Under the pieces are notes generated by a model. The model ran no database searches and was not told the DNA's origin. It saw only the letters and a list, made by a program, of their open reading frames with translations. Positions 39,540-52,748 of a stretch of DNA of 64,000 bases are shown here, piece by piece. The DNA comes from Spirogloea muscicola (taxonomy: Eukaryota): contig WELB01000010.1 in assembly GCA_009602725.1 (NCBI GenBank), forward strand, positions 756,965 through 820,964, given 5' to 3'. Position 1 is the stretch's first letter. Each line of letters begins with the position of its first letter. A program made the translations under genes and the position numbers.

Positions 39540-42500
39540 CTTCTCAAGATGAAGTGCTCTTGCAAGATGCACACTCTGCATGGCTTCCTTCTGCCTAGCA
39601 AGCAGCCGTCCAATGCTTAGCAGTCAGTGGAGAGTGCCTGCAGAGAAAGTGCAGGCAACTTGTCTGAGTCACGTGCTCACCTTGCTGGCCAAGTACGCCA
39701 TGCAACCAAAAATGCACGTCACTGTGCCAAGAATGATGCAAACGGTGGAAAACCACCAAGCTAAGCTTTTGCCACCCCGAGAAATACGAATATATCTGCC
39801 CACTCTGGATAGGGAACCGCTGCACACATCCCCTGGTACAAATCTCTGTCGAGAATCCGCATATGCATATTCTCCAGCACTGATGATGGAACAGCTAGCT
39901 GTTGGTACGAAGCCATCCATGAGGACACAAGTATGGTTACCCTCTATACCAACATCCTGGTACCCAAAGTCACACTGATAATCGCTCACTGTGCATGGAC
40001 AGCTCGTAGTCACCAGCGGAGGCCGTACATAATATTCGGTATTCCAGCACTTGGAGCTGCGGACCTGCATGTCAAAGGTATGGATAAAAGAAAATCTATG
40101 ACAAGGCGACTTGAATCCTGGCTGCCAATCAACTGTGCATTTGCCTAGACGAATAATGTCAGGCAATCCTTTTGTGGGTTTTAGGGTTCACTGCCCTAGC
40201 TCAAGTTTGACCCAAGCCGAGCAGGCTGGCCACATGAGAGTGAAGGACACGAATATACAAGGACCTGGCTTCTGCAGAGAACGGCACATTAAAAATGATG
40301 TGTTTTGTAATCAATGAGATGCAAAGACCTACGATTCGTACTGTCTTATTTTGGATTCAGGAATAAGGAAGATCAATACGCTTCCCACAGAGTCTGAAAC
40401 GGCAGAGTGCGACCAAGATACCTGCCGTTGCAGTGTGACATTCTGGCCGAGAGGGCAACCTGGAAGGAACCAGTTCTCATAATCCGAGGCATTGCACTCT
40501 CTGTAGTCCCTATTGTCCTCCACGAAATCCAAGGGAACAATCACCTCCCTGCCAGTCGCATGGGAGGTGCCTCTGTGACCGTGCACCAAGAACTTCCTGC
40601 CTGCACCGTCTGGCTCAACCCGAATGTTGAAAACTGTCATAGGCCCCCCCGCGAAATACGTTGCAGTCCAACTCAGCCCTTCATCCAGAGAGTACTCCAC
40701 CTTGTCAGTGATGCCCTGCAACACATGGGTGGCAATCAGAAAGGAAGATTCAAGAAATGATCATTACGTCGTTAGCGCCACAATCTCAAGTGTTGCATTA
40801 CACCTGGCAGGCTTGAAGTGCAAAATGTAGAGCAGTTCAAGGATCTAAGCATGAACTTCGTACTAACCTGCATCCAATGCTGTGCCATCACTATAACCCC
40901 GCCAGAGTCACCAAATTCGAAGATCTGGGGTCCCTTGGCAACCTCCTCCCACACTTGGCCCGCATCCCTGGACAGGTACGTGTTCACGATGTTGTCCTCG
41001 AAAAGATACTGCCCAACATTCCCGGCCGCCATGATGATGCCCGGCGCCGACGCGTGCGCATAAAGAAACGGCAGGTAGGCCAGGCCCAGGCTGCTGGCGC
41101 CATGCAAATGCAGAGAGCACCCCTCCTCCAGCTTACAGTTGAGCTTCTTTCCATCCCTGTCTACTTGTGGTGCAGACACATTGCTCCACCTGTTAGATAG
41201 ATATCAGGAAGCGTGCTTTGTTGAGCCACCCAGGCGAATAAGTGTTTGAGAACAAGGGGAACCAGCCGCTATCATCACCGTGACAGTTAATGTATTCGGT
41301 AACACCAGACCAGCAATTACTTGGCCATGGATTGCTTAATCCTTACAGAGACAACAATGAAAAGGATATATCGTACCTTCACCTTCCTGACTACGAGACA
41401 GGTAGAGATGCAGAGATGCTCAGCTTACTTGTTGCCATTGTCATAGCTGATCAATGTGGTGGACTTTGCGACAAGACTATGGATAGGCCGCCAAGTCTGC
41501 TTCCCTGTGTCCTGATCACGGTAAAATGACAGCAGATAGAAGTGGCATCAAAAGCCACCCACGCAGTCAGTCTAATTGGCACGTCTTGAACAATGTGGAA
41601 GACTAGGTCAAAGGCAGAGAGGACCAACACACCAGAAATCCATTAGGCAGGACGAATTTCAATGACCTAAACCTTAGTGATACCCAGATTACAGTCTTAC
41701 CTCCTGTTCTTCGCCAGGGCTAGTCGGCAGCAACTGATTTGCAATATATACGCCAGGAAGCCCCTGCAAGGTCAAGCACTGCGTTGTTATCCTTCCAATT
41801 CTAAAATGGGTGAGAAGGGAAGGCGGAAGGGCGTCTATTGTGCTTATTATTGAGGAGGAGACATGTAGCATTCCTCCTTCCATTACTCCTTCTCCCTTAT
41901 AATTGTCACTGCATCTCGCCATGTAACACACACGCTACATGATCACCTAACAGGGTGCCAGTCCGGACACTCAGATAATCAGGAAGAGAAGAGCTGGGCA
42001 TCAGTTGCGGCGAAAGGAAAACTGCCTGGACCGAGAGTCCTTGCCTTGACTGACACAAAATCAGTGGCGCTCTGTACAGAACCAGTCGTTTTGCTCAGGG
42101 CGACTGTGAAGAGCGTGTGGTTCACATCGCTGACGAGGACAGCGCCCTGCCTCCGGTTCTCCCATGGGTCATAGCTGGCGTGGTCGAGGCTGATAAAAGC
42201 AGCAGTGGGATTGACATCGACAATTGAGTATGACTTTGCTGCTACAGGATAGGGGAAGCAAGCATCTGTGAATGTGTAACCCCGATCAGAGCTGATTTTG
42301 AGCCTGATGCCTTGGCCGGTGGCACCAAGGCGCCTGTCACAGTGCTCTGCCACAGCCTGGCAACAAAGTAGAATATGCATTAGCAATTAAGTGTGCAAGC
42401 GGCACAGGGCCAGCTCAAATTTCGAACACATTCGAGGACACAATCTAAGGTACAACGGTGCAACCATTACTACGCCAATGGAGCAGATAGCTTTCTGGGC

Positions 42501-45500
42501 CAAGACGAGGAGAGCCACTTTACCAAGAAAAGGAGGTGACCAGCGAACTCAAGCTCATTGCCACATGGAACAACATTTAAGTGCTTGCTTTCGAAGAAGT
42601 CCCCACTTATGACATAGTCTGCATGAGGACTCCAGGCAGCGGGCAACCCAAGTGCAAGCTGCTCCCGTACAACCTTTGTATTCTGAAAGACCGTTGCTAA
42701 GACGGTTTCCTGCATGAAGGACATAGATGGACTTTTCAACAACCTATGACGCTTTGTCAAGACCTGGCAGCAGAAACTACATTGTATGCTTCTAGTGAGG
42801 TCAGCAGATATTGGTGTGTGAGAGGGTATCACCTTCTTGTAGAGAGCGTGAGATTGTGACCTGACTGCCTGCATAAATCCAAGGACAGCAGAGGTTGTCA
42901 AGGTATGCAGCAGTAACGGCCACATCTTGATTGAAAGGGTCTGACATGTACTACATACTCCCCAACAGCCTCCTGTGACGCTTGACACAACCTGACAGTT
43001 TGTGGAGAGAAATCGAACAAGCATGCTATTTGAGAGTCAGGAGAAAGCATGAGAAGCCATAATGCTGTGACTCTATGCCATGGTGCAGTTATCCCGCTAT
43101 GGTCCATCAATCTCATCTCCACAGGACGAGCTATATGAAGGTTTGGAGCAGCAGCAGCAGCAAAGAAGAAACAGGAAGAGGCACTGAGGGGCACAGAGGA
43201 TTAAGTAGTCTTACATCACTCCACGCCCAATCAAAGTCAAGGAATCCTAAAAGTCGACCCTACACAAGTTATTCTAAAGTGCAGTCAGATCTAGCTGCGA
43301 CCCTCGGCACAGCATTCTTGGCGCTGCCATCATGATGTGAAAGAAACACCACATCTATATAAGTCAGCCCCAGAGTAAAACACACTAGATCGTAAGCAGC
43401 CAAAGAGCAACACTCCCGACCAGAATCTCTCCACGAAAACTAAAAGTGCACAGCGCGTGTATTTATGTACTGGCCAGAATTGAGGACCAAGAAGCGAGCC
43501 AACCACACAGAACACAGCGCACAAAGTATATCATGCTGTAGCTACGCAAACCTGAGATTTAGTTGTCAAGTTGGTCCATGTATCTCCAAAATCCTGAGTC
43601 AAGAAAAGCTGCAATTGCCACAGACAAGTGTGCAATGCCCGCCTTTACACGTCTTGACATGCTCTAAGAGGGGCAGAGAGGCATGTCCCATGAGCGCTTC
43701 CTGAGATGCCACTCTCGGGCTTGCATGAATCTATCTAGTAGCTACTACAGAATCCCTCACTGAGCTGCTGCTCACATGATCGGCACATTGCAGCGTGTTG
43801 GAGAGCAATCCAGTGAAGCATCCACTTAAACAGACCGACACAAGCATCTGCGATGCAACCACAGAAACTTATGAGCAAGACCCTCCAATCTCCTTTATAT
43901 TGCATTTCTCATACATACTCTGAGTAGCCATGCTGCATGACCAGTACTTGCCCTTTGAACTAGGGCGCTCAACCCTTGGACTCTGGAGAAACAGCAGAAG
44001 CCAAAGAAGCTGTACACCAAGTCAAAAGAGAAGCCTCACTGCAGGACCACTATCCTGTAGGTACATAGACACCCAATCGCCGTTGGTTGCAATTGTACCC
44101 AGTTGCTCTCGGTCGGATGCCACCGGATGGCTACTTGTGTGATGTCGCCAGGGGGACCGCGGATGACTTGGTAAGTTTTTCCTGCCACATTACAAGGTTG
44201 AGCAGTAAGATCACAACAGAGCAGATAGAGACATGACTACTTCAAGCATCTGTGTCTTCTGTGCTCACTGGCAATCAAATGTGGAGGCAACAATGAAGTA
44301 CTAGTGAGTGCTGAAAGAAGAGGCTCCTGACTTGGGTATCAGTTGCATAGTGAGTATACCGCAATCCATGCTCTTCCAATGGGTCGAGTGGGTGCCCTGT
44401 AGAAAGATCTGCATGATTGCCCAAGGCTGATCAGCATGATTGACTGCATAATGTCTTAGATGCACATACCTTGCAGCTCATTGGGCAAGACTGGACAATG
44501 TTCTAGTCGGCACACCTTATTCGGTTCAGCAGGGTGGTAGTGCAATGCTTTGATGCGCTCATCTTGCCAGTCCCTGGGCAGTGTGTCATAGCCCAGGGTC
44601 ATCTTAGAGGATGGCTTTACACCAGATTGAGCTGTGAGTGGAAGCAATGAGGAGTGCAAGCATCGCCTGATGTCTGTGGTTTCGGTGTCAGTTGCTTACT
44701 CCTCATTTCCATGGAACGCCTTTGCTCCAGGTACCTGTGCTGAATTGGGCATGACAAGACCAGTCAACGTGGACGCTTTGATGGCCACTTGTCTACTAAA
44801 GGCAACTTAAGGTCATTATCTTTCTGACGATCATCAGCAATCAGACAAGCACTACCAAAAACGGTGACGACAAAGGTTGCAACTACACAGACCCAAGCAA
44901 TGCTGTAAGTCCTGGTCTTGTGACCTCCCTCCTGTAAGAGTTTCAGGATATCCTGGACAACATTTTGAATCATTTGTCCCTGGGGAGTGGGACCAGTTGG
45001 GCTTCTGCACCTTGCCCATCAGATTGGGGCAGGGAATGACCTGGCCGTCTGCAACTTGGTTCTGCCACGTCGAACCTCCATTCTCAGAGCGGTAGAGGTT
45101 GCCTGAGAAGGCCAGTGCAAAGACAATCTGCACATCACGCAATCTACGAGTATGAGGATGCATTCCCGCCAGGGTGCATCAGTCATAATCTGCAGGGTGC
45201 GCCTGGTCAATCGAGCAATGCCGGCTTGCTAGCTGCGTGCAACAAACGCAGGAGACATTGCTACCGTACCTGGTCGGACGGGCCTACCCACTGGAAGCTG
45301 ACAAGGTTGTCATGGAACTGCACCTGCATGAGCTAGCTCGCAAAGCTTGTCAGCATGTACCATTGCCGTGGAGAGTAACCCCACAGACAGCACGAGCTGT
45401 AAGATTGTCGGTGTTGCATAATAAAACCCGGAAATTAGGCATACAAGCAAACAAGTCTACTCCCAGGGCGTGCTGGTGACTCCATATGTACAGCTTCTTG

Positions 45501-45839
45501 GGGTGTTGAGGGTGCATCGAGCCACCGAAGCGGAGGGCAAGCGTCAGGGGCCGGCCCTCGAAACGAAACCCCATCACGGAGAGCTGACGACGGGCGCCCT
45601 CAGCACGTCACAGGCCATCCCGTCGAAGGTGTGCGAGGGCGGAGGAGCGTCACGAGCGGGTCTCTCACCTCGGCCTGGAGCATCAAGGGTACCTCCAGGC
45701 AGTAGACAGCCGGTGGAAAGCCATCCAGGGCCAGGAGCAGCAGCAGGCGCAGGATCGAGTGCCACGGCGGCAGCAGCCGAGGCGGAGGCAGCTGGCGGGA
45801 GTGCCGCGCCAGCTGCCCCAGCGGCCGCGCGGCCGCCGT
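39540..45839 (-). CDS. VPS10: VPS10/sortilin-domain sorting receptor (paralogue a), multi-exon; both ends approximate
   Basis: Signal-like RLLLLLALDG. BNR/Asp-box repeats (LYRSENGGSTW, ISSDRGYTF, TYLSRDAGQVW, YSLDEGLSW). Also GLPGVYIAN, CSLHLHG, APGIIMAAGNVG, FEFGDSGGVIV, the 10CC region (CPCTVSDYQCDFGY...VPGDVC) and a C-terminal TM helix. Confidence 0.92.
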
Positions 45840-46614
45840 GGCGGCCGCAGGGCCCGCCACTCCCGCCACGGGGCTGTGCAAGGAGAACGGGCCGTATGGG
45901 AGGAACAGGGGCAGCCGACGTCGCAAGGCGGGATGATTGACGACCAGCCGGGCCTTTAGCGAAGGAGGCGGCTGCCACAGGAGGAATTGCCGCCGCCGCC
46001 GCCGCCGCCGCCGCAGCCGCAGGCGGAGCTGGACAGAAAGGTATTTGTGTGTCACACCGGCCCCGCATCTTTCCTGGCGGACGGGGGGGGACCGGAGGCC
46101 ACCGTGGCACCCGGCGCCCCTGAATCCCTCGGGCACCTGCCAACGTGGATAGCCAGCGTGGCAGCCCCGCTCAGCCCGCCGCCCCCGCCCCCGCCGTCAC
46201 GCCGCGCCACACGCCTATCACGCTCGCCGCTGCTGAGAACGTCGGAGGTAAGTTAGAAGAAGTGGCTCTCCCAATGGGGGCGAGGGCCGCTGCTTAGCTC
46301 GTAGTTTGGCCCCTTCGAACCTTGTCAATTCTTTTCGGGCTGGCTTCTTACAGCCCTTGCCCCCATTGGGAGAGCCACTTCTTCCTCTTCTGTGAGAAGC
46401 CAGCCCGAAAAGAATTGACAAGGTTCGAAGGGGCCAATTTACGAGCTAAGCAGCTACTAAGGGGCCTGAAGAGGCTATGGCAGAACGGGGGAGGATGGAC
46501 CACTCAGTAGTTTCGAGTGAGGAGCCAGTCCATAAAGAATTGACAAGGTTTGAAGGGGGCCAAACTACGAAGGGGCCAGAGGCGCTAGCTCTAAACTAGG
46601 GAAGGAGGAATCAC

Positions 46615-46947
46615 TCAATAACAACGAGTGAGGAGCCTCAAAGCCGACAGACTAGCTGGCGGAAAACAATCCCCCTGATGAAAGCCAGAGGCAGCAGCGA
46701 GAGCACGGCCAGCACGCAGATGCAAAGCGTGGGCCAGGGATCGCTGAAGGGATATGGCTAGTCGCATGCGATAGACTTGGGCCAACGAGCCAGCGGCGTT
46801 GAAGTCAGCCTGCTCACCTCGCCTGCGGGACACAGCGCGTCGCACAAGCCTGGCCAGCAGGTCGAGCCACTGGGACCCGAGAGCCCCGTGCACATCCACG
46901 GCCAGGGGTATGAACTCGTCCCCAGCCGGGTGGTCAGCGTGTTTGGC
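46615..46947 (-). mobile_element. CRE-clade-like non-LTR retrotransposon, ORF C-terminus (restriction-like endonuclease region); best-preserved copy
   Basis: Uninterrupted KHADHPAGDEFIPLAVDVHGALGSQWLDLL...SLAQVYRMRLAISLQRSLAHALHLRAGRALAAASG...LLTRCY*. The FxPLAxDxxGxxG...RLSxxLQR pattern is typical of CRE-type RLE C-termini. Truncated by an N gap. Confidence 0.75.
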
Positions 46948-47029
46948 NNNNNNNNNNNNNNNNNNNNNNNNNNNNNNNNNNNNNNNNNNNNNNNNNNNNN
47001 NNNNNNNNNNNNNNNNNNNNNNNNNNNNN

Positions 47030-50000
47030 CGGCGGCGGTGGCGGCGGTGGCGCCGGCGCGGCGCGCCGTGGGTGGGGCGTGCGGCAGCACGAGCAAGTGG
47101 GTGGGGTTCTCGGCGGACCTCAGCATGGAGCAGCACCAGCTGAGGGGCTCCGTCGACATCCTGGACGACTGCACCTTCCAGGTCTCACAGCTGCTGGCGG
47201 CTCCATGGCTGCGCGTGCCAGTGCCTGGCCAGCGTGTCAGTGCGCGTGGGCCCCTCAGCTGCCGTAGCCGCCGTCTCCGCCTGCGCCTCCTTAGCCGGCA
47301 TTGACGGCCGTCGCCTTTGAGCCCTCTGCCTCAGGTGACGCGCTTCGACATGCTCCCCGGGCGCGACGTCTACTGGTGGGGCGCTGCATCAGATGCCCTG
47401 GAGGACATGCTCGCTGGCGCGCCCGTTGCGGATGCTGCGCTCGAGGGCAAATACGACCACTCAACCTTCGAGGCGAGTAGACAAGCGCCACCTATCCCCG
47501 GTCGTAAAGGCCCCACGCCCAACCATATAGGGGGGACTGGTCCGCGACCTGGGGACTTGTAGGAGCGCAAGTAACTGGCAAGTTAGTGGTTGAGTCACTG
47601 CCGCAGGGCAGGCTCTTGGCAAGCTTGGCTACCAGGCCCAATGCTTCCTGCTGCAGAGCTGACGGTCTCGAGGACCGTCTGGGACCTCCACTGGTGTGAA
47701 GGAGTGCTGCACTGTTGGCCTTTAGACTGAGGCACTGAGACTGAACGGCTGGCGTGGTCAGGTGACTCTGGCGGACGGCGTCACTTGGGACAGCATTGGC
47801 CTGCTGGGCGTGTGGTCCAGAGCAACGGCCTCAGACTACGGGCACATCCTCCTCCAGGTGGTGGAGTCAGCGGAGGCACCGTCAGCTGCGCCACAGCGTC
47901 GACGCAAGGGCGACCTTAATAGGCCGCCGCTCTTGGGGGGTGGCTCGCCCTCTCCTGCGCCAGCGCCTGGGGTGACACCGCAGCCGTCATCCGCCATGGA
48001 CGAGTTGGGCTCTCACAGCAGAAGGCACGGTGCGGAGCAGTGGACCATGTTCCGCAGCTGCAAGAAGCTGAGCGCCACATACCGTGTCCGCTGGACGCTG
48101 GATGCTGAGGCGGGCTCGGTGGAGCTTGGCTTGGAAGCAATTGTACTGCCGTCGCAGTACCTCGCTTTTGGCTGGGCCAATCCCGCCGGCGACGTCAAGC
48201 AGCCCATGGTCGGGGCCGATATCACTGTTGTTGGCTTCAAGAACGAGGTGAGCCCTTGCGTGGAGGGCCCCGTCTCCGCCGCTGCGATGTTGCGCATCAT
48301 AGGGCCCACGAATGCCGTGGATCTGCTGCAAGCAGAATCCTGTGTGGCCACTGCCGAGTAGATTACATGATTGCTATGTGCACAGCATAGCTACTGCTGG
48401 GCAAGTACATGTATGGGCAGCTGCACACCACGCACAATTGCTTCGCCTCCTCTCACCTTAGCATCCACACTCGGTGCTTTTTAGAGCCTCCTTCGCTGAC
48501 AAGAAACATGTCCAACTTACTCTGTTCTGCAATGACAGACAGCTCCTTTTTCAGAGGACTACTTTTTGGAGAGCAAGGATACTTGCAGCTGGGACCCCAT
48601 GGATCCTGCTGGGGTTTGCCCCGATGTTTTCCTGGCGGATGGGCTGCAGAATGCCAGCAATGTCAAGCTGGTCCATGCCCAGCGGCTCGATGGTCAGCTC
48701 TTGTCACTATGGTTTAACAATGCACAATCTGATACTGTACAGTCTCTGCAATAGTCCTGGCAATATGCATTCAACTTTGTTTGACCATACACCAGAGCTT
48801 GTCATGTATGGCATGATGCAATGATGCCCTATCACGGTTCAGCTGTTCTTGGGCTGTGGTGGTAATTAAGGCTGACATTACAAGTAACCATACGTGTTGA
48901 TGAGTGACATATCCTCAGTGAGGCGTCATCCAAGGTGCTGAAGTGTTCTTTTGTAAAGCATAAATATCTCTTCTTTCTTCTTCGCTTCCAGGGGTTATGC
49001 TCGTCAGGTACTGGAGGATGCTTGCGAGCCCTGACAGGCGCTTTGACCATGACATCCAGCCTGATATTCGCATGCAAGTGATCTGGGCTCTGGGGGCGCT
49101 GCACATGCCAGACGATGAGATTCCGCACCTCCAGCCCACCTTCCACGGGGCTGCAGAGGGCACAACTTATGGCAGCACTGAGCTCCTGCTTGGCGAGCCA
49201 TACGACGACTGCCAGGGCCCTCTTGAAGCCCTCAACCTCGATGTGGGCTCCCCAGTCGTGCCAGTTGATCGAGGTGCCACCCTGCCCGTCACGGCTGCTG
49301 CCACCACTCACTACCCAAATCCTCCTTCGAATGCCAGGAGCTTGCACATCAAGGGAATCGAATCACCCATCCTCAAGGTCAGGCAACCTGTTCCACTCTC
49401 GATACTGTGTTGCCTGCTTCAACACTTTGGCACGAGCGTATCAGTCTGTTACTGAAAGAGTGTGCACCTTTTCAACAGGTAGAGAGAGGTGTACCAGTGG
49501 ACTTCTCCATCCAGGCAGGTCACGATGTTCCATTCTATGTAACTTCGGACCCTGTCGGAGGTGCCCGCAACTCTAGTGAGACAATATTTGCAGGTGGAGA
49601 GACTGCCCATGGGGTGCCCACTGCTCCATGTTATCTTACATGGACACCTAATAGCAGCACACCCAACTTCGTCTACTATCAGGTGAGAGCAGCCGGATCA
49701 ACAGTGACATTGATAGGGAGTGGCACACTTGTCAGGCATGTTGAGAACAGTGTTGGGCTCTCTTGCAGATATCAAGGGAGGTCAACTTCTGCCAATAAAG
49801 TCTAGGTCGATGTCCAGCCCAATCTCAGTCAATCGCATGTGGGTGTTTGTTTGCTGCCCAAGTGTTTTCGGTATCATGTAGCTAAACATTCTCTTACCTT
49901 TACTTGCCCAGTCATACAGCGAGCCAAAGATGGGCTGGAAAGTAGAAGTTGTGGATGGGGGCCTGACAGACATGTACCAGAATCATACAATGCTGGCCGA

Positions 50001-52748
50001 TGACCAGGTGCTGCCTATTCCCCTCATTGAAATGATCTTGGCTTTGGTCTTCTTACTTTGTGGAGGGTTGGATCTTATCTCAAATGCTCTTCATATTGGG
50101 TGTGAGATCATCAGTGCAATGCAAGCCAACTCCTTCGTGTGGGGAGATAGTAACTGCAAATGAGCCAAACTTTGAATGTAATTTTGCAATTCTATACCTT
50201 GCCTTGTGTTTGTGCTTCTGTATCTTGCTGCACTGAAAGGGACCATGCTCATGTCGCTGTCATGACTCAAGCATGTCCTTAGACATGTCACTCCTTTATG
50301 CTAATGGATCAGGTCACATTGTTCTGGACCCTCACTGAAGAGCAAATTGCGTTTGCCGTCCGAGGAAGTGAGCCGAGTGGGTGGCTCGCCATTGCACTTG
50401 GAAGGTATGGCTCATGCTGGCTTCTCACATTGCAAGTTGGGTCTTTGATGGTTGGCGCTCATGAAGAATAGACCTACAAGTTACTAGGTCGTCATCATAA
50501 TAGGCAAACCCTTACAGGAAGGAATTGGTATACTGCTTGCTGTTCGTTGACACTGAACAATGAATGAACTGAAGGCTACCTAGTGGGCATTATACGCAGA
50601 GGCATGGTGGACTCGTACGCTTATGTTGGATGGATAGAGGACGGTGTTGGGAAAGTGGGGACTTACTACATTGATGGAAAACATGCTTATTCTGTACACA
50701 AGACCGAAGAAGAGCTTCTGATGGCCAAGTGCGATCAAAGCAGTGGTATCATTTCATTTGAGTTCTCGAGGCTGCTGAGGCCAGACCCCAAGGTCTGTGG
50801 AGATCAGTGTGGCCTAACTATCAATCCTGAATCCGACCTCAAGGTCGTCTGGGCTTACGGCCTGGACTGGACATCAGGTGAATTTTTTACGCTCTTCAAT
50901 ACTATTACAAGCTGCCGGCTGACTTTGTACAGTGTGGGCCAGAAATTTGGATATTGAACTGGATGCTTCTATAGTAAACCGAGATGATAGAATCTGGGTC
51001 TTAATTGTGGCAATGCCTTTACCTTGAGGCTTCCGGTGCTCAGGGACACTTACGCATGGAAACAAGCACATGCAAGCCAGCAGCAGTGTGACTCTCGTTG
51101 ACCTCCGCACCGGTGAAGCAATGGTGGAGCACCTGCAGCCAGTTTTTGTGGTTAGTCCTAAGTCCGTCAAGCCGTTGTGTCTCTCAACTCCAGCAAGCAA
51201 CATCATGCAACGTAACATCTGCTCTGTTGCAATAGTTCACCAACTGCAAGTCCACTTAAAGCAGAATTGTGCACGAGGGATGTGCACCAGCTTCTGCAGA
51301 GTTGAAGTACCGAAGGCGTAAATCCTTCATAAAATACAGTCATGCTGCAGCATTTATGCACTGTATTGTGGTGATCTACCGCAGGTTCATGGCTTCATGA
51401 TGTTCATAGCGTGGGGGTTGCTCCTGCCTTTTGGCGTGCTGGCTGCTAGATACATAAAGAAGGGAGACTGGCTTCAGTGCGTACAGTGATTAGGCAGAAT
51501 ATTGTGTTTCAAGTAGCTCTGAGTTGCCGCGTCAGCTTGGAGCTGTCCTGTTGGAGGGGGATTTGTTTGATAAGCTCAGGATGTAAGCATGAAAGTCACG
51601 CAAGGCCGCAGTCTATTATGCATGACTTGCTGAAGTTCACAAATCATCGGCGTTGCAGAATACACATTTATACTCAATATTCTGGAATGTCGGTCATGGC
51701 CCTGGGCCTGCTCTTTGCCATGGGAGAGCTCAAAGGGTATGTTAATCCCTGGCTGCTGGAAAGCTGGCCATACGTCCTTCTTTAGAAAGCGCATGTTTGC
51801 CAGATTGGCGCCTCTATACAGACTTACAATTTGATTGACAACCCCTTAAATTGCAGATTTGACTTCAAGTCTCTGCACTCAAGGATAGGGCTGGCCGCAC
51901 TGCTGTTAGCAAGCTGGCAGCCTTGCAATGCATACATGAGGCCTGCTAAGCCTGCCCCAGGAGAACGGCCCTCGCGATCACGTATGCTGTGGCAGCTCAC
52001 GCACCAGTAAGTGTCCTGATCAACATGCTTGCCTGATTCAGCAGGAATTTGATGCTTACATGCATGTTCTCGCCCTATCACCCATGTATTCAGCATCCTC
52101 GTTCCTGTGGTTTGAGATCTGGAGAATGCCAGCCTCATCTTGATACTGTTGTGAAGTTCCTGGGCTTGGCAACACTGCAGGCCACTCAATTACCTGCTTA
52201 TTAGGCAGGTCCTGCTTAGCTTCTGATGTTGTGAGCTGACACTGTGCAGCTATTCCGGGAGGATTGCCTTAGTCCTCGGAGGGGCTGCCCTGATGAGCGG
52301 CATACTGCAGCTGCGGGTCATGGACGGGGTGGACACCACCAGCATGGGCCTCGAAGTGGCGCTGGGAGTCTGGCTCTGCTGTGTTCTTGCTTTCGTCGCC
52401 CTCCAGGAGTACAAAAGGTCAGCCCTTCTCCATGCTGAACTGTGTCAGTGAATTGCCAAAAAAAGCGAAGAGATGAGGCCGGCAGGGTCTCAGAGAGGTA
52501 ATGCGGAGCCTGTGCCATGTGACTGTCATCGCAGACGGGAGTCCACCACTGGTGCTGGAGTCCACTACGATTGGGCCAAGGGTGGGCAGCAGGTGGCAAC
52601 GACCGACCCGGAGTCTGAGGCGCTTGAGAGCGAGCAAGCCGACCTGCTCCAGGCTCAACGGGAGGCTATCTCGCAGAGGAACGGACACGGTGGCGGTGAG
52701 AAGAGCTCCTCTGCCAGAGGCAAGGAGATCCAGCTCCAGGCGTTATAA
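47030..52748 (+). CDS. DM13-DOMON-DOMON-cytochrome b561 protein (At5g54830-type), multi-exon; 5' end in N gap
   Basis: DM13 (EQHQLRGSVDILDDCTFQ|VTRFDMLPGRDVYWWGA, ASDYGHILL). DOMON 1 (YRVRWTL, YLAFGWA, MVGADITV). HYPNPP...ERGVPVDFSIQAGHDVPFYVTSDPVGG. DOMON 2 (MVDSYAYVGW, KVVWAYG). b561 helices (VHGFMMFIAWGLLLPFGVLAARY, IHIYTQYSG, SLHSRIG, WQLTH). Stop at 52748. Confidence 0.93.
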
